Assembly (NCBI GenBank): GCA_051382305.1
Contig: JBBCAV010000337.1
Coordinates: 1 to 22,162, forward strand
Direction of reading: 5' to 3'
DNA length: 22,162 nt
DNA from: Bdellovibrionota bacterium FG-2
GTDB lineage: Bacteria > Bdellovibrionota > UBA1018
Under the pieces are notes generated by a model. That model was not told where the DNA came from, did no database searches, and saw only the letters and a list, made by a program, of their open reading frames with translations. The translations under genes and the position numbers were made by a program. Below, one piece after another: positions 1 to 8,539 of this stretch (the first letter of the stretch is position 1; the number at the start of each line of letters is the position of its first letter).

Positions 1-519
1 GTTGTGATCTCCCCCCTCCCCCCCAAAAACTCGTCAAAAGTGTCGGGTGGGTGCTTCACAGCTATTTATAAACATCAGGTGGTCTCTCCATCTCATCGGT
101 CGAAAGAAGAATGCGTCCAGCATCGCAATGGTCTTAAATTTCCGCCGCAAGTTGAACGCGCATCCCTAAATCCGAAGTCTGTATGTGTGAAAGTCGATGG
201 AAAACCGGTTGCCTATGAGGTGTCAGAGCTTGGGGTCGCATTTGGTCCTTTGGCCGGCCCTCGTTCCACCGTTCAACTAACCTTTGGGACCAAAGGCGCC
301 AAATGCAAGGTGCCCTGTATCGTTCCTCGAGATAGTTTTCTTGAGTCCTTGGGCGCAAGTGGCGTTTCGGGTGCTGCGAATGCGGTCGGGGACGATCCAG
401 AAATTCGAGCGGAACTTGGACCTGAACTTGTGGCCGCGATTGGAATGGGCCACGATCTTGCTCTTTTTCCAGGTTGGGTGGTGGAATCCCTGAACTCCAC
501 GCAGGAGACCACGCCATGA
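1..519 (+). CDS. Hypothetical Cys-rich protein, 5'-truncated by the window edge; first visible gene of the Agl-Glt-like operon
   Basis: Frame is open from base 1. Its TGA (517-519) overlaps the next ATG (516-518) as ATGA, indicating translational coupling. Five Cys. No family recognised. Confidence 0.75.
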   Translation, partial: VVISPLPPKNSSKVSGGCFTAIYKHQVVSPSHRSKEECVQHRNGLKFPPQVERASLNPKSVCVKVDGKPVAYEVSELGVAFGPLAGPRSTVQLTFGTKGAKCKVPCIVPRDSFLESLGASGVSGAANAVGDDPEIRAELGPELVAAIGMGHDLALFPGWVVESLNSTQETTP

Positions 520-2024
520 AAATTCAAAAATTTATGATTCTAATCACAGGGCTCGTGGGATTTACAAGTTGTACTGGGCAACTCCCCAATTCCTTCCGGC
601 TTGCGCAGCAAGAGGAGCGTTTTACTGCACAGAGTGAAATTCAGGTCAATACTCAGGTCGATCTACTCTGGGTTGTGGATAACTCCGCGAGCATGGATGT
701 TTCACAAGACAAGCTGCGCCAGGGATTTCGTAGTTTTGCGGAACGTTACCTGCAGGCGACGTGGGATATTCGAATCGCAGTGATTACGACGGACACCTAT
801 CTCGCCCATCCCGCTTTTGCCCCTTATCTTGGCCAAACCCTTAGTGGCACAAAAGGCTGGAAGTCCCGCTATATCGCAAGCCGCAATTTGACGACCGGAA
901 TTTTTGATCAGGGAATTCAGTGGGACGATGTCATGCCCGCCTGGAATTGGTCCTATGCTCGACTCCTTCCAGGCGCACACGACGGACCGGGAGCGGGTTT
1001 GTGTTATGAAGGAAATTCCTACTTCTTCTACGGCGCTCCGAACTGCCGAATTAGGGATGACATCAATGCCGCCCGAGGTCTCGACCATTGTCTTAGTCCT
1101 ACGGCTGGAGAAACTTCTGCCACTCAATGCGTAAATACACTTGAAAATGATACGATTCATTCTGGTAAACCGATTCTCAATACAATCTCAGACGATCCCA
1201 ATACCCTCAACGATAGTTTTTTGATCAATGTCACGACCGGAACAGCGGGAAGTGGCTCGGAGCGAGGTTTCGCCTCAGTGCTTCAGCTCTTGAGTGACAA
1301 TGAATTTTCTGACACCGCCTTTTTTCGAAAGGGATCGCTTCGTGGAATCTTTTTTGTGACGGATGAAGATGACCAGAGCCTAATTGTTCCATCGATTCCT
1401 CCGACTGGTTTTTCTCCAAATAGTGGTTACCTTGAACAGTGCCAAAAGAAGACGGTGGACGACTATACTTACACTTTGTCTTCGTGCGCAGATCCCACCC
1501 AGCTTGTCTCAGTCTCAGACGTTAAGACATCGCTTGATCGTTTTTTTCGCAGAATTGACGGGAGTGACACCACTCCTCCCAACTACTTTATCGTCTCGAT
1601 TACCCCTAACTCAGGTGACTCACTGAGACAGTTGCAAGCGCTCCGCGCGATTGATGATCGAGCGGCTGGCAACCCGGGCGATGTCTCTGTGGATCGGGGG
1701 GGGCGCTACATTGCGCTCGGCGAATTGGTCGGGAATGGTTCGCTTAATCGAGAAATTGCCGAAGTAGACTATGCAGGAATCCTCCATGACATTGGCGAAA
1801 CGGTTGTCGCACAAAAGAGTACTTTTACATTGATTCGTGAGCCGACGGGGTCCGACGAGATGATCGTCACGCTGGTCCATGCCGATGGGACGAAGACTGA
1901 GATTCCATCCCAAAAATACGCTATCTCAGGAAAAACGCTAACCCTTACCGATCCGGAACTCACCTTGTCTTTGAGGGCGGGCGATGTCCTGTCGATTAAC
2001 TATCAACCGAGGAGTGTCTTATGA
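516..2024 (+). CDS. VWA (von Willebrand A)/MIDAS-domain lipoprotein, CglD-like putative surface adhesin (502 aa)
   Basis: Start moved to ATG 516 (SD CAGGAG at 502-507, ATGA overlap). Signal MKIQKFMILITGLVGFTS-C has a lipobox Cys19. MIDAS DxSxS in VDLLWVVDNSASM, followed by IAVITTD and FFVTDEDD. C-terminal beta-rich domain ends SINYQP. Confidence 0.8.
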   Translation: MKIQKFMILITGLVGFTSCTGQLPNSFRLAQQEERFTAQSEIQVNTQVDLLWVVDNSASMDVSQDKLRQGFRSFAERYLQATWDIRIAVITTDTYLAHPAFAPYLGQTLSGTKGWKSRYIASRNLTTGIFDQGIQWDDVMPAWNWSYARLLPGAHDGPGAGLCYEGNSYFFYGAPNCRIRDDINAARGLDHCLSPTAGETSATQCVNTLENDTIHSGKPILNTISDDPNTLNDSFLINVTTGTAGSGSERGFASVLQLLSDNEFSDTAFFRKGSLRGIFFVTDEDDQSLIVPSIPPTGFSPNSGYLEQCQKKTVDDYTYTLSSCADPTQLVSVSDVKTSLDRFFRRIDGSDTTPPNYFIVSITPNSGDSLRQLQALRAIDDRAAGNPGDVSVDRGGRYIALGELVGNGSLNREIAEVDYAGILHDIGETVVAQKSTFTLIREPTGSDEMIVTLVHADGTKTEIPSQKYAISGKTLTLTDPELTLSLRAGDVLSINYQPRSVL

Positions 2025-2683
2025 CCGATTTAGTAGAATTTATCCGCACCAGCTTTTGGCATGTGAGTCCGATAATAGTTGCCGGGATTTTCGCGGTCGC
2101 AATCATGATCGAGAGATGGAAGGTGCTTTTCAGAACGTACCCCATTCCAGACACGGAGTCATTTTTTGATCGTATTTCCGAAATGGTGGAAACAGGAAAA
2201 ATAAAGGAGGCGATTCAGGTCTGTGAGCGATTCCCAGAAAAGCCCGTCGCACAAGTGACGAAGCAAGCCCTGCTTCGTGCTCATCAAACGGAAGAGCTGA
2301 TCGAGCATGGACTTCAGCTAGCGGTGAGTAAGTCTGCTCAGGAGATTCAACGAAGGACGGGGTTTCTCGCAACTGTTGCAAATGTGGCAACTCTTCTGGG
2401 TCTCTTTGGGACCATCGCGGGATTGATTAATTCATTTCAGGCGGTGGGTCATGCAGATGCGCAACAAAAGTCCACCCTTCTTGCAGCAGGAATTTCTCAA
2501 GCCATGAATGCGACACTCCTGGGACTGGGCGTGGCTATTCCTTGTATGATTGCTTTTAGTTTTCTCATAAATCGCACAAACCGCCTGATTGCGGAGGTGG
2601 ATCAGGCCGCCGTTCGTTCCCTCGATATCCTAAAACAGAAGATGTATGGCGTGGAAAATGCGGCGAAGGAGACTCTTTCGTGA
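2021..2683 (+). CDS. MotA/TolQ/ExbB proton-channel protein (AglR-like)
   Basis: Three TM segments. Motifs ANVATLLGLFGTIAGLI and GISQAMNATLLGLGVAIP are typical of TolQ/ExbB TM2/TM3. Directly followed by two ExbD genes. Confidence 0.93.
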   Translation: MTDLVEFIRTSFWHVSPIIVAGIFAVAIMIERWKVLFRTYPIPDTESFFDRISEMVETGKIKEAIQVCERFPEKPVAQVTKQALLRAHQTEELIEHGLQLAVSKSAQEIQRRTGFLATVANVATLLGLFGTIAGLINSFQAVGHADAQQKSTLLAAGISQAMNATLLGLGVAIPCMIAFSFLINRTNRLIAEVDQAAVRSLDILKQKMYGVENAAKETLS

Positions 2684-3165
2684 GAAAACCCTTTTCGATG
2701 GGGCGAGCCCCACAGAAGCAGGAGGTAGACATCAATCTCGCATCAATCATTGATTGCCTGACGGTTTTGATTACGTTTACCTTGGCTTCTGCGTCTTTTC
2801 TATCCATTGGCATCCTCGAAACGGGAGCTTCAAGTAGTACTAATAGTGCGACGAGCAATGGCGCAGCCCCCGAAAAGACCCCCGCACAATTGACTGTGAT
2901 GCTAAAAAATGACCGGAGCATTCAGCTCAGTGCTCGTGGGAGCTTTAGACAGGCCCTTCAGATTCCGCGCAGCGAATCGTCGCCGCCAGTCTGGGATTTT
3001 CCCCATCTTACGCGAACCTTAGAAAGCTGGTCTAAGGCGCACCCTGAACTTCGGAGAAGCGCCGCCACAATTGAATCAGAGGCTTCGGTGCCGTATCGAG
3101 AGCTCGTTCGCGCGATTGAAGCTTCGCGGCAGACGGTTGCTTGGGTTGCCCTAGGAGGTTTATAA
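2680..3165 (+). CDS. ExbD/TolR family motor subunit (AglQ-like)
   Basis: GTG start overlapping the upstream stop (GTGA). N-terminal TM DINLASIIDCLTVLITF carries the conserved Asp. C-terminal ...EASVPYRELVRAIE motif. Confidence 0.88.
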   Translation: MRKPFSMGRAPQKQEVDINLASIIDCLTVLITFTLASASFLSIGILETGASSSTNSATSNGAAPEKTPAQLTVMLKNDRSIQLSARGSFRQALQIPRSESSPPVWDFPHLTRTLESWSKAHPELRRSAATIESEASVPYRELVRAIEASRQTVAWVALGGL

Positions 3166-3166
3166 A

Positions 3167-3625
3167 ATGTTGAAGCGAACTTTTATCAAGCGGCCCGCCC
3201 TTGAGGAGGATTTTTCGCTTCAAATCACGTCGATGGCGGATATCTTCACCATTATTCTTATTTTCTTGCTTAAGAGTTTTGCAACGGGGCAGTTTGCGTT
3301 TTCTCCCTCCAAGGGTATCACGCTGCCGATGGCGGCAGGCAGTGCTGCATTTTCAGAGGCACTGAAGGTCGAAGTCTCTTCTGCGGCCGTTTTGATCGAG
3401 GGGCGATCTATTACGCAAACGCCGCAAGCCCTTGCGAAGGCGTTTCGGCACGAACGAAAGCGCCAAGACTTAATCGTTTCCAAGAACCCCGGGGTATCTC
3501 GCGATGCGAGAATCCTTATTGTTGCAGATCAAGAAGTTCCCTATTCGTCCTTACAGACTGTTCTTTCGTCCGCCGCCTCTCAGGGATACACTGACTTTAA
3601 GCTTGCTGTCGCGGGGAGGAACTAG
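3167..3625 (+). CDS. ExbD/TolR family motor subunit (AglS-like)
   Basis: TM LQITSMADIFTIILIFLLKSF with the conserved Asp. C-terminal ILIVADQEVPYSSLQTVLSSAASQGYTDFKLAV is characteristic of ExbD/AglS. Confidence 0.92.
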   Translation: MLKRTFIKRPALEEDFSLQITSMADIFTIILIFLLKSFATGQFAFSPSKGITLPMAAGSAAFSEALKVEVSSAAVLIEGRSITQTPQALAKAFRHERKRQDLIVSKNPGVSRDARILIVADQEVPYSSLQTVLSSAASQGYTDFKLAVAGRN

Positions 3626-3628
3626 GCG

Positions 3629-6454
3629 ATGCGGCCCATTCCACTTTGGATACTTCTGTGTGGAGCGCTCTTTAGCACAGTAGGCTCCGCCGATGAGAAC
3701 CTGGATCGTGCCGTTGATCAAGCCGCGCTAGAGACGCAAGAGTCGTCAATTGCTATTATTAAAGAAACGCTTGCCCAAAAAGTACCAAAGGGATCTTCGG
3801 TGCCTTTTCTTGAGCGGCTTTTGGAGCTTTATCGCCAAAATGCGACCATCCTTTTTCGGGTCGACGGGGGGAAGTCTGCAAGTTCCGCGCATACGCGGGC
3901 GCTTCGAAACCTAATCGCCACCGCAACCCGTCTCATTAGTGACTATCCTGGAAAGTATACGGAACGCCGCGTGCTTTTTCTACGGGGGCAAGCGTTTGAG
4001 GAACTCCAGGAAAAAACGGCGGCTTCTGCAGACTATTTGCGAGTGGCGGAGCGTTTTTCGGAGACCAATGAAGGCTCTGCCGCGACCCTGAGCCTAGCGG
4101 ACTTTGCAATCGCAGCGCGAAAGTATACCGAAGCGCTGCGGTTTTTGCATAGGATTGAAGCGCGTCCCTCAGATCCCCGCTACGGGATTGCACTTTATCG
4201 CCTTGCTTGGGTTTCGTTCAATCTTTCTGACCCCAGTACCGCCTTTGATTACTCGCGAAAGCTTGCGCGACTCTTTGCAGACAAGACAAGTTCCGCCGAT
4301 CGTGCGACCAGGGAAAATATTTTATTGGATTCCTCCTTGTTTTACCTTGATGCGCTTGAACGTGGGCTTCCTGGATTCTCTTTGGCTGAAGCCTTGCCAA
4401 AATTGAGTTCTTTAAATCCGGGCCCGGTCTATGGAAAGATGCTCTTGCGGTTAGCCCAGTTGCTGCGCTCTCATGGTCGGGAGAGCGATCTCGCCGAATT
4501 AAGAAAACAGGTGGTCTTAAATGAGCCCACACTTTCGGAGACCATCGATATCGTCCTTTGTTCCTTCGAGCATGGGCTCAATCGGCAGAAGCTTGCGCTT
4601 GTTCGCGATGCCGCGCGGGATTTCAAAAGCCTGGGTGGAGTGAAGTCGCAAAAAACGACTTTTCCACGCGTTCAGGCTGTTTTGTCGTCGGCCTTTGAGG
4701 GGCTTCAAAAAGAAAAACACGCAGATTTGGGAACGCTTGGAGAAATCTGTGAGGCCTACCGAGTGCTATCTGACCCGGCTGATCCGAAGTTACGCCTGCT
4801 TCGTTTTAATTTAGCTGAAGCCCAGTTTTCGCAAGGGGCTTTTGCGCCTGCGACTGGCGAATATCAATGGGTATATGAGCATCCCGCGAAGGATCAAGAG
4901 GTTCTCGCCTTTGATGCAGGCAGGAGAGCGCTTGCCAGTCGGTACCAAGAAATTCTCATGCAAGGCTTGATTCCTAAGGACTTGAAACCCCAGCCCCTTG
5001 ATCCCTCTAAGACCCGTGCGGCTCTGCCGCCACTGATGGACGAATGGATTCGCTGGACCGACGAGATTGCCATCCGCCACCCCAAACCACTTCCTGAAGA
5101 CCTTCAGCATCTTCAGTTTGAATGCGCGCGTGCGGCCTATCAGCAAGGGGCCATTCGATTTGCACTTGATCGGCTGCGAGTTTTTGCTACTACGTTTCCC
5201 AGTTCTCGTTACGCGGCAGCGGCTGCGAGTCTGACCCTTGATACCGCTCAATTGGCTAATGACTGGGTTTTGCTTGAGTCGTTGGCAAAAGGGTTTCTCA
5301 AGCTTGAAGGGTGGAATCCCCCTGAATTTGTCGCAAAGCTCCAGCGGGCTGAGGGCGCTGCGTTGGTGATGGCGGGAAACGCCGCCTTGGGCTCGGGACA
5401 AAAGGAGAAAGCGTTGGGTCTCTTTAGTCGCTCCCTTGAGGGGACCCTTTCGTCTGATCTCGGGGCTTCTGCTCATCTCGGACTCGCACTCATTCATCGA
5501 GATGCGTACCAGTTTTTGGATGCTTTTAGCCATTTCCAAGCCTATTTTAGCGGTACTCAAAAGCATTCAGACGGTGACGCTGATCTCAGGGCAGTGGCTT
5601 TGCAATGCGCATGGCTTTCCGGGAGTGCGGAGGCGATGGAGGTGGCTCTGAGTTCGAAGCAGCTCTGTTCTGGTTTTATCGGAGGTCCTTGCGCTGAGTT
5701 TCGGGCGCGGCAGTTGTTGTCAGCAAACTTGAGTCAGCCACAAGAGCTCAAAAAGGAGATACAGCAGGGAATGGGATCTAAGTCAGAGCGTTTGCGTTTG
5801 CTCTGGTCTGTGGTGGCCCTTCGCTTTCCTGAGCAGTTTCGCTTTTCCGAGACACTGCAGCTATTTCGTCAAATTCCCAAGGATTGGATGTTCTCCGAGG
5901 ATATCGAACGCCTTTCGATTCTTGCTTCGTTGTCGCAATCGGCCCCCGTTGCATTGACTCATTTGAGAGTTGAGATAGCGCAGGTCAAATCTCCCCTGGT
6001 TCGCCTGAAACAGTTGAAAGAGTTTGAGGAGGCTACGGTCCAACTTGCTGAACTCCCACATTCCGAAATTAGAAACACGATCGTGCATAAACTTATTCTT
6101 GCGTATGCCGACACGGTTTCATGGATTAAGACGATTAAGTCACTCGAGTCATTGATTCCGATCCTGGAGAAGAAATCCGTGGCGCTCGCAGCGAAGGCGC
6201 CGGCGAGGGTTCAAGATAAGGTTCAAGACGCTGGCCCGGCCGTCTCGTCCTTAGCGCTCCTTGAGACCCTTGATCCGAAGCAGTCGTGGGAGAAAAGTGA
6301 ACTTCTGACGAAGTGGCTCAGGGCACTGGAGGAGCATAACTGGGCTCAGGCGATATTCCTCATTCAAGAACTCGAACGCAAGAAGTCCGTTCCCGCAAAA
6401 AAAGTTTCTCTCATGCGTACGGCCGCGCTTCTCGCCTCAGGAGGAAACTCATGA
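3629..6454 (+). CDS. Large periplasmic TPR protein (GltD/AgmU-like)
   Basis: SD GGAGGA, Sec signal peptide, many TPR-like helices (VLFLRGQAFEE, ALYRLAWVSFNL, FNLAEAQFSQG). Position between the motor genes and the GltF/GltG-like genes supports the call. Confidence 0.8.
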   Translation: MRPIPLWILLCGALFSTVGSADENLDRAVDQAALETQESSIAIIKETLAQKVPKGSSVPFLERLLELYRQNATILFRVDGGKSASSAHTRALRNLIATATRLISDYPGKYTERRVLFLRGQAFEELQEKTAASADYLRVAERFSETNEGSAATLSLADFAIAARKYTEALRFLHRIEARPSDPRYGIALYRLAWVSFNLSDPSTAFDYSRKLARLFADKTSSADRATRENILLDSSLFYLDALERGLPGFSLAEALPKLSSLNPGPVYGKMLLRLAQLLRSHGRESDLAELRKQVVLNEPTLSETIDIVLCSFEHGLNRQKLALVRDAARDFKSLGGVKSQKTTFPRVQAVLSSAFEGLQKEKHADLGTLGEICEAYRVLSDPADPKLRLLRFNLAEAQFSQGAFAPATGEYQWVYEHPAKDQEVLAFDAGRRALASRYQEILMQGLIPKDLKPQPLDPSKTRAALPPLMDEWIRWTDEIAIRHPKPLPEDLQHLQFECARAAYQQGAIRFALDRLRVFATTFPSSRYAAAAASLTLDTAQLANDWVLLESLAKGFLKLEGWNPPEFVAKLQRAEGAALVMAGNAALGSGQKEKALGLFSRSLEGTLSSDLGASAHLGLALIHRDAYQFLDAFSHFQAYFSGTQKHSDGDADLRAVALQCAWLSGSAEAMEVALSSKQLCSGFIGGPCAEFRARQLLSANLSQPQELKKEIQQGMGSKSERLRLLWSVVALRFPEQFRFSETLQLFRQIPKDWMFSEDIERLSILASLSQSAPVALTHLRVEIAQVKSPLVRLKQLKEFEEATVQLAELPHSEIRNTIVHKLILAYADTVSWIKTIKSLESLIPILEKKSVALAAKAPARVQDKVQDAGPAVSSLALLETLDPKQSWEKSELLTKWLRALEEHNWAQAIFLIQELERKKSVPAKKVSLMRTAALLASGGNS

Positions 6455-6729
6455 TGTTTACCAGGGTGGTCCTCATATTTCTTCTGCCAATTCAACTTTT
6501 GGCTGCACCTCAACCAATCTCTAGCCCACTACCAGAAGGGGTGCGACGCCAAAAGACGCTGAACTTTGATGGGGAGTGGATCGAAGCAGTCAATAAGCAG
6601 CCTTTGGACTCGCTTATGCAGACAGGGCAGAACGAAAAACGAAATAGCGCACACCTCTACAAGAAAAAGTCAGATTTTTCTGGCGAGATAGCCAATGGAC
6701 TTAATCAACTGAGGTTTATTCAGCCATGA
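6451..6729 (+). CDS. Small exported protein, GltF/CglF-like
   Basis: Signal peptide. The pattern KTLNFDGEWIEA..KP....LYKKKSDF.GEI resembles, from memory, the CglF/GltF pattern (IDF.dd.IEG.l.kP...LI..R.dF). ATGA overlaps on both sides, directly upstream of the GltG-like gene. Confidence 0.65.
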   Translation: MMFTRVVLIFLLPIQLLAAPQPISSPLPEGVRRQKTLNFDGEWIEAVNKQPLDSLMQTGQNEKRNSAHLYKKKSDFSGEIANGLNQLRFIQP

Positions 6730-7835
6730 ATACTAATCGTGTAAAAGATAGGAGATACTTAGTCATTCTTACTACAGCCAAGGGCGATACAAAACGTCCA
6801 TGGGACATGCGAAAGCCCCTTCATTTTCGAAAGCCCCTTCATTGGACCCTGAGAGCGACGGAGACCGGAGTTCTGTTAAATTCCACTGAATATCGTGAAG
6901 ATCTTCTTCGTATCGGGGTGCGCCTCACTCCCGGCGTTTGGATCCGTATTCTGCCCTCTGAGGTTCCGGAGCCCGCATTTTCCAACACCGCAGTGTTAGA
7001 ACGCTCCTGGCGAGGAACGCTCGAGAGGGCGTCTCATCATAGTAATTTCCAGCGTTTTTCTGCCTCTTTGTTGCTTTCGAGTTTTTTGCTTTTAGGTCCC
7101 ATTGCGCTCTGGCGAATCCCACCCAAGCTCGATATCGAGGAGGTCTTGATCCCTCCGCAATTTGCTAGAGTGATCATGAGCCAAAAGATTCCAATATCGT
7201 CGGGACGATCGCCGTCCTATGCGACGAGCGGCGGCGGCGCTTCGGCCAAACTTCGAGCGCTTGTTTCGTCTGAAATCTCACTGCCTCAGACTCAGCGGGC
7301 GATATTTTCTCGTCAACCTGCAACTGTCGGTACTTCGTTCAACGCACAGAAGGCGCTTTCGGCTGCCCTGCCAGTCGCCGAGATGACAGGCCAGGCTCTT
7401 GAGACGCTCGTAGGTAAAGGTGCCGGATATCGTGTGGGTGAGGTTCATCGTCTTGAAGGTCAGGGAAATTCCAAAATTGAGATTGGGCATGCATTGGCGA
7501 TTGTCGATGAGGGCTTGAGTCGAGATGAGGTCGGCAAAGTGATCTATTCGCATCTGGGCGAAATTCGCGCCTGTTACGAGTCGGCCATCATTCGTAACCC
7601 AGGAGCGGAGGGAAAGTTGGTCATGAATTTTTTTGTGACGCCGTCTGGAGGCGCACGCTCCGTCTCGGTGAGTCCCTCGTCATCAAATATGTTTGTGAAC
7701 AATTCTCGGAATGATTCTGGTCTTGAGCAATGCATTGCAAGAAATCTTTCCGCGTGGCGGTTTCCGTCCCCTAAGGGGGGCACGGAGGTGGCGGTGAGTT
7801 ATCCGTTTATCTTCAAAATGTTGGGGAGGATCTAA
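6726..7835 (+). CDS. Inner-membrane TonB-C (AgmX/PglI C-terminal domain) protein, GltG-like energy transducer
   Basis: One TM (SASLLLSSFLLLGPIALW) and a Gly-rich linker. C-terminal GLSRDEVGKVIYSHLGEIRACYE...GKLVMNF...CI....W.FPSPKGG..V.VSYPFIF is the AgmX/PglI-type TonB-C domain. Confidence 0.88.
   Translation: MNTNRVKDRRYLVILTTAKGDTKRPWDMRKPLHFRKPLHWTLRATETGVLLNSTEYREDLLRIGVRLTPGVWIRILPSEVPEPAFSNTAVLERSWRGTLERASHHSNFQRFSASLLLSSFLLLGPIALWRIPPKLDIEEVLIPPQFARVIMSQKIPISSGRSPSYATSGGGASAKLRALVSSEISLPQTQRAIFSRQPATVGTSFNAQKALSAALPVAEMTGQALETLVGKGAGYRVGEVHRLEGQGNSKIEIGHALAIVDEGLSRDEVGKVIYSHLGEIRACYESAIIRNPGAEGKLVMNFFVTPSGGARSVSVSPSSSNMFVNNSRNDSGLEQCIARNLSAWRFPSPKGGTEVAVSYPFIFKMLGRI
6810..6843 (+). 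repeat. Tandem direct repeat CGAAAGCCCCTTCATT x2 (period 18 nt, in frame; RKPLHF-RKPLHW)
   Basis: Identical 16-mers at 6810-6825 and 6828-6843. Confidence 0.9.
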
Positions 7836-8536
7836 TGTTTCTACTATTTGCTTTGTTGTTTTCTATTCTTCAAGCTCCGCTTTGCCATGCGGAAGCGGAG
7901 CCACAAGCGGTCAACGTGGATCGCATTCGCAAAAAATATTGGACCTCAGGGAACTCAACAGAAATGAATGTCGTTCAGGATCGCCTCTATTCAAAAGAGC
8001 AAAAAATCGAAATTGGGGGATTCGCTTCCGCAGTCGCCAGTGATCCGTTCCTGAGCATGGGAACAGTAGGAGGTTCAATAGGGTATCATTTTAGTGAATA
8101 TCTATCTGCCCATTTTCTGGCAATGCGATATCTTGTGTCACCCTCAAGTGCGCTTATTACGTTTCAGGAAACCCGTGGGGCAACGACTAACACGAATGAT
8201 CCGGCCTCCTTTTTCGGAACAGAGGCGAGTGCGAGCATTCTTTATGGAAAATTGAGTCTCATAGGAAAAGCAATTATCTACTATGACCTCCATCTGCTCG
8301 CGGGTGCGGGAAGCACTTCGACTCAGACGGGAGCCTATTTTACTCCACTTGCCGGCATAGGACAGCAAATTCACCTCTCACGCTTCTTCTCCCTTAAAGT
8401 CGACTATCGGCTTATGCCCTTTCACGAACAAATTGTGGAAAAAGTGATTCCGACCAAACTGGGGCAAGTCGTCGGAGAGCGTTGGAACTGGACGAATTCG
8501 ATTTCGGTGGGTGTGGCCATTATGTTTGGAGGCTAA
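7835..8536 (+). CDS. Outer-membrane beta-barrel protein, GltA/GltB/GltH-like
   Basis: Signal peptide. VVQDRLYSK...E, YHFSEYL and YGKLSLIGKAIIYYDLHLLAGAG motifs match the myxobacterial/Bdellovibrio OM barrel family. Terminal strand ends VAIMFGG. Confidence 0.88.
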   Translation: MFLLFALLFSILQAPLCHAEAEPQAVNVDRIRKKYWTSGNSTEMNVVQDRLYSKEQKIEIGGFASAVASDPFLSMGTVGGSIGYHFSEYLSAHFLAMRYLVSPSSALITFQETRGATTNTNDPASFFGTEASASILYGKLSLIGKAIIYYDLHLLAGAGSTSTQTGAYFTPLAGIGQQIHLSRFFSLKVDYRLMPFHEQIVEKVIPTKLGQVVGERWNWTNSISVGVAIMFGG

Positions 8537-8539
8537 TGC

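Noticed and set aside
474..515. Longer N-terminus of the VWA ORF given in the ORF track
   Set aside because: ATG 516 has an SD, an ATGA overlap and gives a proper lipoprotein signal.
1696..1703. G8 tract in the adhesin gene as a phase-variation switch
   Set aside because: Short, in frame (Arg-Gly-Gly), and similar G7/C7 runs occur elsewhere. Read-level length variation would be needed to support it.
4811..5566. 251-aa antisense ORF, and other long shadow ORFs such as 9278-9919 and 12566-13075
   Set aside because: They lie opposite well-supported genes and show no recognisable motifs.
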